Source: a virus (taxonomy: Duplodnaviria > Heunggongvirae > Uroviricota > Caudoviricetes). Taken from it: DNA of 64,000 bases. The translations under genes and the position numbers were made by a program. The notes beneath the pieces were generated by a model. The model worked only from the letters and a program-made list of their open reading frames with translations, had not been told where the DNA came from and made no database searches. The stretch lies in IMG/VR virus record IMGVR_UViG_3300044640_000771; one strand, 5' to 3'. Shown here piece by piece: positions 8,120 through 16,366 of the stretch (the first letter of the stretch is position 1; every line of letters begins with the position of its first letter).

Positions 8120-9895
8120 ATGTGCGCAGCATTCGTTAAACATACGAATTGCGAAGAGTGTGGCTCAACCGACAACAAGGCAGTTTATGATGATAATTCT
8201 AGCCATTGCTTTGGTTGCGGCCACACTGTACTTAGCGATGAGTATAAGAAAGAATTGAAGGAAAAGAAGCCCTTGCAGATGCGCGTTAGGGCTTCTGCTG
8301 TTTCTACAGAACAAAAACAAGAAAGGGTAGCAATGAGTAAAGAAATGATCACTGATGAAGAGAATGAAGAACTAAAATCAAGGACGGAATTATCTGGCAA
8401 AGGTTATCGTGGAATCTCAGACGAAGTACTGAAGTTCTACGGATGCCGCACAGAGTTTGATGATGAAGGTGATGTGTATGCACGATACTATCCGTATACA
8501 ATCGATGGTAAACTGTCAGGATATAAGGTCCGAAAGCATCCTAAGACATTCGGTGGTAACATCGGAAATACTGGTAAGGACTGTGACTTATATGGTCAAT
8601 TCCGCTTTAAAAATGGAGGTAAATACCTTCTAATTGTTGAAGGGGAAGAAAAGACACATGCTGCCTACCAGATGTTTCTTGATTATGCCCGAAGTAAATC
8701 TTCAGAATTTGTTACAGCCGTTGTAGGCTTAGGGCAAGGTGTAGGGTCTACCAAGCAACTAGCAAATGCTTACGAATTCGTAAACTCTTTCGATACAATT
8801 TATCTGGGCATGGATTCCGATGAACCAGGACAAGAAGCTGTCGAAAAACTGGTAGCGGTATTACCTAAAGGTAAGGTAAAAATCGTAAAGTGGAGTAAAT
8901 ATAAAGACGCAGACGATTACCTATTGAATGACGCTGGGAGAAAGTTTCTGAACGACTTTTATAATGCGACTACCTATGTACCTGCTGGTGTAGTAGGTAG
9001 TTCTGAGTTGTACCAACAGTTGCTAGACATGGCTTTGGTTGAGAAGATTCCACTTCCACCTTTCATGAAGAAGCTTGACAATATGCTAGGTAGTATTGAG
9101 CTAGGTACAATTGGAATTCTTGCAGCAGGCAGTGGAGCAGCAAAGACAACCTTCGCAAACGAATGCCTCTATTTTTGGTTGTTCAATTCTCCGCATAAAG
9201 TGGGCGTAGTGAGTCTAGAATTAACTTGCGCTCAGTATGGTCAGGCTTTACTGTCTCGACACATTGAGAAAAGAATTTCTTCAATTCGTGACCCACAGGA
9301 GAAGTTTGAGTTCCTGAAGCAAAGCAGTATCAAGGATAAAGCCGACAGTTTATTTAAAAACAACGAAGGACACGACAGGTTCATGCTCATTGACGAACGT
9401 GAAGGTGCTGTTTCTGTCCTTCAGGACAAGATTGAAGAACTTGTGATATCATGTGGTTGCAGAGTAATCATTCTTGATCCGGTATCTGACCTACAGGATG
9501 GATTGTCTATTGATGAACAGGCTGTCTTTTCTAAGTGGATGAAGGGGATGGTGAAGCGATACAACATGACGTTCATTCTCATTGCTCACATTCGAAAGTC
9601 AGGTAGTAATAAAGACGCAGCATCATCAGGTTCTTTTATTCCAGAAGAAGCGATCATGGGTTCAAGTACACTATTTAAGTCAGCAAGCTGGGTTGTCATG
9701 ATGCAGCGAGACAAGTACAATGACGATCCTATCGTTAGGAATACCACTCGACTTACTTTAAGTAAGAACCGCAGTGGTGGTGAGACAGGTAATGCTGGAG
9801 AAGTGTATTACGATCCTGAAGAGCACAAGCTGTACGACTACAAAGAATTGTTTGGAAAGGATTTCGAAGCTCCAGAACAAATGAAACGCAACTGA
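8120..9895 (+). CDS. DNA primase/helicase (T7 gp4-like: zinc finger, TOPRIM, DnaB-like helicase)
   Basis: N-terminal CEECGS...CFGCGH zinc ribbon. Walker A GILAAGSGAAKTT. Helicase C-terminal motifs. 591 aa. Confidence 0.85.
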   Translation: MCAAFVKHTNCEECGSTDNKAVYDDNSSHCFGCGHTVLSDEYKKELKEKKPLQMRVRASAVSTEQKQERVAMSKEMITDEENEELKSRTELSGKGYRGISDEVLKFYGCRTEFDDEGDVYARYYPYTIDGKLSGYKVRKHPKTFGGNIGNTGKDCDLYGQFRFKNGGKYLLIVEGEEKTHAAYQMFLDYARSKSSEFVTAVVGLGQGVGSTKQLANAYEFVNSFDTIYLGMDSDEPGQEAVEKLVAVLPKGKVKIVKWSKYKDADDYLLNDAGRKFLNDFYNATTYVPAGVVGSSELYQQLLDMALVEKIPLPPFMKKLDNMLGSIELGTIGILAAGSGAAKTTFANECLYFWLFNSPHKVGVVSLELTCAQYGQALLSRHIEKRISSIRDPQEKFEFLKQSSIKDKADSLFKNNEGHDRFMLIDEREGAVSVLQDKIEELVISCGCRVIILDPVSDLQDGLSIDEQAVFSKWMKGMVKRYNMTFILIAHIRKSGSNKDAASSGSFIPEEAIMGSSTLFKSASWVVMMQRDKYNDDPIVRNTTRLTLSKNRSGGETGNAGEVYYDPEEHKLYDYKELFGKDFEAPEQMKRN

Positions 9896-9901
9896 TGAAT
9901 A

Positions 9902-9925
9902 CCTCCCTTCGGGGAGGTTTTCTTC
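9902..9925 (+). terminator. rho-independent terminator
   Basis: CCTCCC-TTCG-GGGAGG hairpin followed by TTTTCTTC. Confidence 0.6.
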
Positions 9926-9937
9926 ATTGGAGAACAA

Positions 9938-10531
9938 ATGAAACACATAAAAGATTACAATGCAATAAATTGGGAAAGCTATTTTTACTATGATGAAACT
10001 TCGCCGAGTAAATTGCGATGGAAAATTGACATTTATAAAGGAATAGGAAGAGTTGCCAAGGTTGTGAGAAAACACGATGTAGCCGGGTCTTTACACAAGA
10101 CTAAACGGTACTGGAGAGTTGTTCTTAACAAATCAACATATGTTGTTCATAGAATAATTTTCAAAATGCAAAATAAAGAATATAATCTGCTAACTGATGA
10201 TTTAATAGATCATATCGATAGAGATAAAACCAATAACTCAATCGATAATCTCAGACTTGTTTGTAACAGTGTTAACCATAGAAACATGAAACTAAGCGTG
10301 AGAAATAAATCAGGAATTACGGGTGTTTGTAGAACAACGAATAAAGATGGAATATCTGTTTGGAGGGTTACCTTTCGTAAGTTAGATAGTACACAGGGTC
10401 AGAAAGTTTTCTCTATAAATAAATACGGGGAAGAAAATGCTAGACAGATGGCAATCGACTATCGTGATAGAATGATTGACGAACTTAATCGGCAAGGTGC
10501 TGGTTATACTGAGAATCACGGAAAGGACTAA
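9938..10531 (+). CDS. HNH homing endonuclease (HNH_3 plus AP2-like), paralog of 727..1314
   Basis: DHIDRDKTNNSIDNLRLVCNSVNH motif. KSGITGVC...WRV AP2-like. C-terminus ENHGKD. Inserted between the primase-helicase and polymerase genes. Confidence 0.8.
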   Translation: MKHIKDYNAINWESYFYYDETSPSKLRWKIDIYKGIGRVAKVVRKHDVAGSLHKTKRYWRVVLNKSTYVVHRIIFKMQNKEYNLLTDDLIDHIDRDKTNNSIDNLRLVCNSVNHRNMKLSVRNKSGITGVCRTTNKDGISVWRVTFRKLDSTQGQKVFSINKYGEENARQMAIDYRDRMIDELNRQGAGYTENHGKD

Positions 10532-10532
10532 C

Positions 10533-12704
10533 ATGGAAGAAGTTAAGTTTATCGATGGAGATTGGGTATATGACATTGAGACATACCCTAACTGTTTTAC
10601 CTTCTGTATTGTCAAGTCGAATGGTAAGTATCTCAAGGTATTTGAAATCTCTTCACGTAAGAATGAGCAGGAAGGGCTATTTAAGTGCCTAGACTATCTG
10701 TATGACAATAAACAAGTATTAGTTGGATTCAATAACATTGGATTCGATTATCCAATTGTTCATCAAATCTACTCAGAATATCGTCGCAGTAAACGTAAGG
10801 TGTTTACCGCAGAGTATATCTATGATCTTGCACAAGAGCAGATTGCTTCATTCAAGACGGGTTTCGGTAAGACTGTATCCAACAATGACACCTTGATTAA
10901 ACAACGTGATCTATTCAAGATTCATCACTTCGATAACAAAGCGAAGAGTACCAGCTTGAAGATGCTAGAGTTCAACATGAAGTCCGACAATATCGAAGAC
11001 CTACCATTTCCTGTAGGTACAGTATTGACAGATGATCAAATGGATACTCTGATTACATATAACAAGCATGATGTACTGGAAACTCTGAAGTTCTATCAGA
11101 AGTCAATCCCTGCGATTCTACTTCGTGCAGACCTGACTGAGAAGTACGGTATTGACTTTACGAACTACAACGATACGAAGATTGGTAAGGAATACTTTAT
11201 CAAGCGATTGGAAGACGCTATTCCTGGTAGTTGTTATCGGAAAGAAGGTCACAAGCGAGTTGTCAATCAAACCCGCCGACCAATTATCAAGATCAAGGAT
11301 TGCCTGTTTGATTACTATGATTTCAAGCGACCGGAGTTCCAGGCTATTCTGGAATGGTTCAAGAATCAACGTATTCATGAAACCAAAGGTGTATTCAGTA
11401 ATATTGATGAAGGTGATCTAGGCGATGTAGCGCAATATGCTGAGTTGAAAGAGAAACGTCAGAAACTCAAAGGGAAACCTACTGACCAAGATATTGCTGC
11501 CTTCAAATCAGAACATCCGAAGGGATGGATTCAGACTGAAGAATTGAAAGCTACTTACACTGAGATTCAACCAGATGGTACGAAGGTTAAGAAGCACAAA
11601 CTATCTTACTGGAAACACTGGAGAGTTGCAGAGACACTTAACATCGTAGTTGATGGATTCCGATTTGACTTCGGTACAGGTGGTATTCACGGTAGTATCT
11701 CCAACAAGATTGCAAAAGCTACCTGGAAGTATAAGATCAAAGATGCAGACGTAGCGAGTATGTATCCGAATATCGCTATCTCCAATAATGTGTATCCTTT
11801 GCACCTTAGTTCTAAGTTCTGTGAAATCTATCTGGACGTTTACGAACAGCGCAAAAGTTTCAAGAAAGGTACTCCTGAGAATGCCGTTATGAAGCTAGCC
11901 TTGAACGGAGTCTACGGGGATAGTAACAACAAGTACGGTCCTTTCTATGATCCGCAGTATACAATGACGATTACTATTAACGGTCAGCTGTCACTTTGCT
12001 TGCTTGCTGAACGACTGATGGAAATCGAAGGTCTTAAGCTTATCCAGGTTAATACTGACGGTGTTACGGTAGCTCTTCCAATTGATAAGGAAGACGAGTA
12101 CAATCAAGTCTGTGCTGATTGGCAGAAGAAGGTTAAGCTTGAATTGGAATTCGCCGATTACTCGCAAATGCTAATCCGTGATGTGAACAACTATATTGCT
12201 GTTTACACCAACGGTAAGGTAAAGCGCAAAGGTGCATACCAGTATGAAGACCTGGGCTGGCATCAAAACCAAGGCGGATTGATTATTCCAATGGCAGCAG
12301 AAGCAGCAATGCTACGCGGAGAAGATATTGAAACTTTCATTCGTTCGCACAAGAACAAGTGGGATTTCATGCTTCGTACTAAGGTTCCTCGTAGCTCAAG
12401 ACTGGTGATGCGGTTCGAAGATGGTAGTGAGGTTGACCAGCAGAACATTTGCAGGTATTATCCTAGCAAGCAAGGTGGGAAGTTGGTCAAGATCATGCCT
12501 GCACTTGCTAACAAGGAAGATCAAAGCGACCGTGAGCTAGGGATCGACACTGCCTGGAATGTGAAGGTCTGCAACAACGCTTGCCTTTTTGACTTCGATG
12601 ATGTAGACTACGATTACTATGTTGCTGAAGCCACCAAGCTACTTGTTGGCGTAGAGCATTCCGAACCACTACCTAGCCGAGAGGATGAAGAAGATGAAAC
12701 CTAA
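10533..12704 (+). CDS. family B DNA polymerase with 3'-5' exonuclease domain
   Basis: Exo I DIETYPN, Exo II FNNIGFDYPI, Exo III YNKHDVLE. Polymerase motif A DVASMYPNIAIS, motif B KLALNGVYG, motif C QVNTDGVTV. Start MEEVKF at 10533. Confidence 0.8.
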   Translation: MEEVKFIDGDWVYDIETYPNCFTFCIVKSNGKYLKVFEISSRKNEQEGLFKCLDYLYDNKQVLVGFNNIGFDYPIVHQIYSEYRRSKRKVFTAEYIYDLAQEQIASFKTGFGKTVSNNDTLIKQRDLFKIHHFDNKAKSTSLKMLEFNMKSDNIEDLPFPVGTVLTDDQMDTLITYNKHDVLETLKFYQKSIPAILLRADLTEKYGIDFTNYNDTKIGKEYFIKRLEDAIPGSCYRKEGHKRVVNQTRRPIIKIKDCLFDYYDFKRPEFQAILEWFKNQRIHETKGVFSNIDEGDLGDVAQYAELKEKRQKLKGKPTDQDIAAFKSEHPKGWIQTEELKATYTEIQPDGTKVKKHKLSYWKHWRVAETLNIVVDGFRFDFGTGGIHGSISNKIAKATWKYKIKDADVASMYPNIAISNNVYPLHLSSKFCEIYLDVYEQRKSFKKGTPENAVMKLALNGVYGDSNNKYGPFYDPQYTMTITINGQLSLCLLAERLMEIEGLKLIQVNTDGVTVALPIDKEDEYNQVCADWQKKVKLELEFADYSQMLIRDVNNYIAVYTNGKVKRKGAYQYEDLGWHQNQGGLIIPMAAEAAMLRGEDIETFIRSHKNKWDFMLRTKVPRSSRLVMRFEDGSEVDQQNICRYYPSKQGGKLVKIMPALANKEDQSDRELGIDTAWNVKVCNNACLFDFDDVDYDYYVAEATKLLVGVEHSEPLPSREDEEDET

Positions 12705-12849
12705 TCTGGTACTTATCGTAGGAAACCGCGCCATTCGATACGTTAATGGTGTCCGTGATCAAATCGCTGAGATTGACTGGACTACTGATCGACGGGAGAT
12801 TCGGCGCGGAATTGAATCTTTTCGGGTTAACGGGATTAAGGAGTAAAAC

Positions 12850-13347
12850 ATGAAAGACATTGACTGGAGCAAACAGCATTGCGGAGTACATCAGGCACAC
12901 ATTGAAGACTTGTGCCATCTGATGCCCGATCTTGTACCTTTGCTTGAAACATTCCCTGATAATGCTTTTGACTTTACTTGGGATGTAAAAGTTCACATGT
13001 TGATGCCCCGTCAATATCCTTGCATTCCTAATTGGCACGTAGACAACGTACCTCGTTCTAAAGATGGACGACAAGAGTTTGATAAGGTACAATTGGATAA
13101 ACCGATGTACCTCTGGATCAGCAACGGCCCATTGACCGAGTTTGAAGATGGTTATATTCGTCCTAAGACTTGGGTAAAATTCAATCAAGCCGATAGCCAT
13201 CGTGGAACTGCAGCACAAGAGTTTTGCTGGCGAGGGTTTATCCGTGCAACGCACAAAGACATTTTGCCTTACGATGATAGTCGGACACTGCAACAAATTC
13301 AACGCAGGCATTGTCAAGTATACGTACCGGAGGATTACAAATGGTAA
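12850..13347 (+). CDS. hypothetical protein (possible HxD...H metal-binding / 2OG-Fe oxygenase-like)
   Basis: NWHVDNVP and ADSHRG spacing is suggestive but weak. Confidence 0.4.
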   Translation: MKDIDWSKQHCGVHQAHIEDLCHLMPDLVPLLETFPDNAFDFTWDVKVHMLMPRQYPCIPNWHVDNVPRSKDGRQEFDKVQLDKPMYLWISNGPLTEFEDGYIRPKTWVKFNQADSHRGTAAQEFCWRGFIRATHKDILPYDDSRTLQQIQRRHCQVYVPEDYKW

Positions 13348-13559
13348 ATAAAATCTACGGAGATATTGACAAATTCATTGAAGCTAACTATCTTACCAGT
13401 CAACTGGAAGAGAGTCTAATGTCATGGCCAATTTTCCAGAAAGCATTGGGTGACAGCAAAGACAGTTACCTGATTGATGCGTTGGTAAAATGCCACGAAC
13501 GAGTGGTTCTAATTTCACAGAAACTTGAAGAATATCGAATTTCACTTTTGAAGGGGTAA
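13341..13559 (+). CDS. hypothetical protein
   Basis: Start MVNKIYG. Confidence 0.35.
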   Translation: MVNKIYGDIDKFIEANYLTSQLEESLMSWPIFQKALGDSKDSYLIDALVKCHERVVLISQKLEEYRISLLKG

Positions 13560-13562
13560 TGT

Positions 13563-13742
13563 ATGGATCGTAACGAAATTCGTGAACTGATCTTTGAAGA
13601 AATTCAAGATCGCCTAAGAGTGGATATTCAGCGCCGCTGGGATGAAGTAGTAGTCAAGCTATACTGGCGTATCGATCCAGTCTGGACGCCCGAGGGGTAC
13701 AAAACAGAAGTACCCATTGCAGAATCAAATTACTATATTTAA
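13563..13742 (+). CDS. hypothetical small protein
   Basis: About 59-aa ORF, MDRNEIRELIFEE. Confidence 0.3.
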   Translation: MDRNEIRELIFEEIQDRLRVDIQRRWDEVVVKLYWRIDPVWTPEGYKTEVPIAESNYYI

Positions 13743-13751
13743 GGAGTAAAT

Positions 13752-14003
13752 ATGCTCATCCTACTAGCAATCTATGTTGTGTCAGCTACGCTTATCACTT
13801 CAATGTTATACGCTAATTTGCAAAGTTACTACCCAACTATGGCAAATGCATATGCAAGGCGAGATTTAGGTTTTGCTTGGTCATACGGAATTATCCTCGG
13901 TTTCGTTGGTCCATTTGGAGTACTACTTGTTCTCTTGCTTTCAGGCTTTGCAGAGGATGGGTTTCTGAATCCATTTAAGTTTAATAGAAATACAAAGGAG
14001 TAA
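13752..14003 (+). CDS. small membrane protein
   Basis: Two transmembrane segments. AAGGAG SD. Confidence 0.4.
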   Translation: MLILLAIYVVSATLITSMLYANLQSYYPTMANAYARRDLGFAWSYGIILGFVGPFGVLLVLLLSGFAEDGFLNPFKFNRNTKE

Positions 14004-14006
14004 ACC

Positions 14007-14813
14007 ATGCCAGTACAAATCCATAAAAATGACAAACCTTGCTTGTACAAGCAATGGACTTTCCCAGGCGGAGAAGTCGGTGTACAATTGTTGGATACCG
14101 ATATCGAAGATCGGGATGAAATTTGGATTACCATTCGAGGTATCCCAACACCTGAAGATATGTTCGTTGCAGCAAACTTGCTGAATGCTATCCGAAATGT
14201 AAACAGCAAAGCTGAAGTCAACCTTTATATGCCCTACATTCCGTATGCAAGGCAAGATCGGGTTTGCAACAAGGGTGAATCTTTCGGGCTGATGGTATAT
14301 TTTGACATGATGCAGTATATGTTCGCTGATGTTGATCACTTCACTACGGTTGATCCGCACAGTCGAGTAGCAGAAGACTTGGTAAATGCTTTTGAATGCA
14401 CCATTATTCCACAGCACGTTATGGCTGGATCAATTTTGCATTCTTTCAACTATGACACTCTGATTGCACCCGACAAAGGAGCTACAGAAAAGGCTAAGAA
14501 ATTCAATCACAAGAATCTAGTAACTCTCAGCAAGTCCAGGACTGCAGAAGGTATCAAGTACGATGATTACGAGCATGATACTCTTTCGGGTTCCGTTCTG
14601 GTTGTAGACGATATCTGCGACGGTGGAGGTACGTTTCTGTCGCTGATTGATATGCTTAAACGTACCCAACCTCGTGTGACAAGTTATGCTCTGTACGTCA
14701 CACACGGTATCTTCAGCAAGGGTGTTGACGTTCTGCTGAAGGCTGGCTACAATGAAGTCTTTACAGCAAACAACATGCTTGAAATTGGAAGGAACAAATA
14801 TGTACACAATTGA
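14007..14813 (+). CDS. ribose-phosphate pyrophosphokinase (PRPP synthetase) family protein; candidate ADPR-PP synthetase (Adps-like) of a NAD+ reconstitution pathway
   Basis: PRPS motif YARQDR and PRPP-binding loop VLVVDDICDGGGT. Sits immediately upstream of, and overlapping, the NAMPT-like gene. Confidence 0.8.
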   Translation: MPVQIHKNDKPCLYKQWTFPGGEVGVQLLDTDIEDRDEIWITIRGIPTPEDMFVAANLLNAIRNVNSKAEVNLYMPYIPYARQDRVCNKGESFGLMVYFDMMQYMFADVDHFTTVDPHSRVAEDLVNAFECTIIPQHVMAGSILHSFNYDTLIAPDKGATEKAKKFNHKNLVTLSKSRTAEGIKYDDYEHDTLSGSVLVVDDICDGGGTFLSLIDMLKRTQPRVTSYALYVTHGIFSKGVDVLLKAGYNEVFTANNMLEIGRNKYVHN

Positions 14814-16362
14814 CCCAATCATCCAAACAGATTTTTACAAGATCCATCACAAGTTTCAGTACCACCCCAAGACTGAAATGATCTACAGTAACTTCACCCC
14901 TCGGTCAAATCGACTGGCACCTGTCTACGGTTCCAATCGTAAGATTCGTAAGGTTGTGAACTTCGGTTTGCAGGGTTTCATCAAGAACTTCCTGATTGGT
15001 ATCTTCAACAAGAACTTCTTCCAGCAAGACATTGCTGTGATCAAGGCTAAGTATGCTCGTCTGTGTGGTGTCGATACAACACACATTGAAGAGTTGCATG
15101 CTCTCGGTTACCTGCCGATTAAAATCAAGGCGCTTCCTGAAGGTGAACTGATCCCCATGAAGGTTCCGATGTTTACCGTCAAGAGCACCTTGCCAAAGTT
15201 CTATTGGCTGGTGAATTACCTGGAAACGGTTATGTCAGATGAAATCTGGAAGCCTACTACGGTAGCTACCATTGCCTTTGAGTACCGCAAGCTGCTGGAA
15301 CACTATGCAACGAAGACTGGTTCTCCGCTTGATTTCGTCAAGTGGCAAGGTCACGATTTCTCTATGCGTGGTATGTCCGGTATGGTCGATGCTGCTGCCT
15401 CTGGTTCCGGTCACTTGCTGCCATTCACTGGTACAGATACAATCCCTGCAATTGATTATCTTGAGCAATTGTATGGTGGCCTGAATACCTTTGTTGGTGC
15501 GTCGGTTCCTGCCAGTGAGCACAGTACTGCCAGTGCAAACATTCTCTTCAATGCTCGCCAGATCAAGGGTGAGACTGATACCGAAGAAGTTATGTATGAA
15601 GCTGAACGCGCTTTCCTGAAGCGATATATCACCGAGATTTACCCTACTGGTGTAGCTAGTTATGTCAGTGATACCTTTGACTTCTTCCGAGTTATCAATG
15701 AGATTGCCCCTTCGCTGAAGAAGGAAATTATGTCTCGTCAGCCTGATGCTCTAGGATTGAATAAGGTTGTATTCCGTCCTGACAGTGGTGATCCTGTTGA
15801 GATTCTGTGCGGTCAAGATGTAACGGATGAAAACATTGAACGCACTCCCGAGCAGAAGGGTGCTGTAGAAGTTCTGTGGGATCACTTCGGTGGTACAATT
15901 ACCGAAACAGGTCACAAGCTGCTTGACTGCCACGTTGGTCTGATCTACGGTGACAGCATCACTCTGAGCCGCGCCGAAGAGATTCTTCGCAAGCTTGAGC
16001 AGAAGGGATTTGCTTCTGGTAACGTAGTCTTCGGTATCGGTAGTTTCACCTATCAGTACTTGACACGAGACACCTTCGGCTTTGCTATGAAGGCTACTTA
16101 CCAAGTAGTTGACGGTGAAGGTATCGAACTCTTCAAAGACCCTGTTACCGACAGTGGTACTAAGAAGTCTGCTCGTGGTCTGCTACTTGTCACGAAGGAT
16201 GATCTTGGCTACAATCTGATTGATCAAGTCGATGGTGCAACAGAAGAGATTGGCTGTCTGCGAACGGTGTTCAAAGATGGTGTGTTGACAGTCGATGATG
16301 ATCTGGCTACAATTCGTACTCGGGTTGAGCAAAACCTGATCCAAGAACTGCAAGACTACTAA
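14800..16362 (+). CDS. nicotinamide phosphoribosyltransferase (NAMPT/NadV) family protein; candidate Namat-like enzyme
   Basis: N-terminal IIQTDFYKIHH (NAMPT TDSYK-like). About 520 aa, the typical size. SD GGAAGGA before the ATG at 14800. Confidence 0.85.
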   Translation: MYTIDPIIQTDFYKIHHKFQYHPKTEMIYSNFTPRSNRLAPVYGSNRKIRKVVNFGLQGFIKNFLIGIFNKNFFQQDIAVIKAKYARLCGVDTTHIEELHALGYLPIKIKALPEGELIPMKVPMFTVKSTLPKFYWLVNYLETVMSDEIWKPTTVATIAFEYRKLLEHYATKTGSPLDFVKWQGHDFSMRGMSGMVDAAASGSGHLLPFTGTDTIPAIDYLEQLYGGLNTFVGASVPASEHSTASANILFNARQIKGETDTEEVMYEAERAFLKRYITEIYPTGVASYVSDTFDFFRVINEIAPSLKKEIMSRQPDALGLNKVVFRPDSGDPVEILCGQDVTDENIERTPEQKGAVEVLWDHFGGTITETGHKLLDCHVGLIYGDSITLSRAEEILRKLEQKGFASGNVVFGIGSFTYQYLTRDTFGFAMKATYQVVDGEGIELFKDPVTDSGTKKSARGLLLVTKDDLGYNLIDQVDGATEEIGCLRTVFKDGVLTVDDDLATIRTRVEQNLIQELQDY

Positions 16363-16366
16363 TTGA

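Noticed and set aside
12673-13317. 214-aa minus-strand ORF
   Set aside because: It overlaps the + strand 165-aa ORF, and all neighbours are on the + strand. The composition is hydrophobic and junk-like. The + strand ORF has the better context.
13829-14417. 130-aa and 158-aa minus-strand ORFs
   Set aside because: They are antisense to the well-supported PRPS-like gene.
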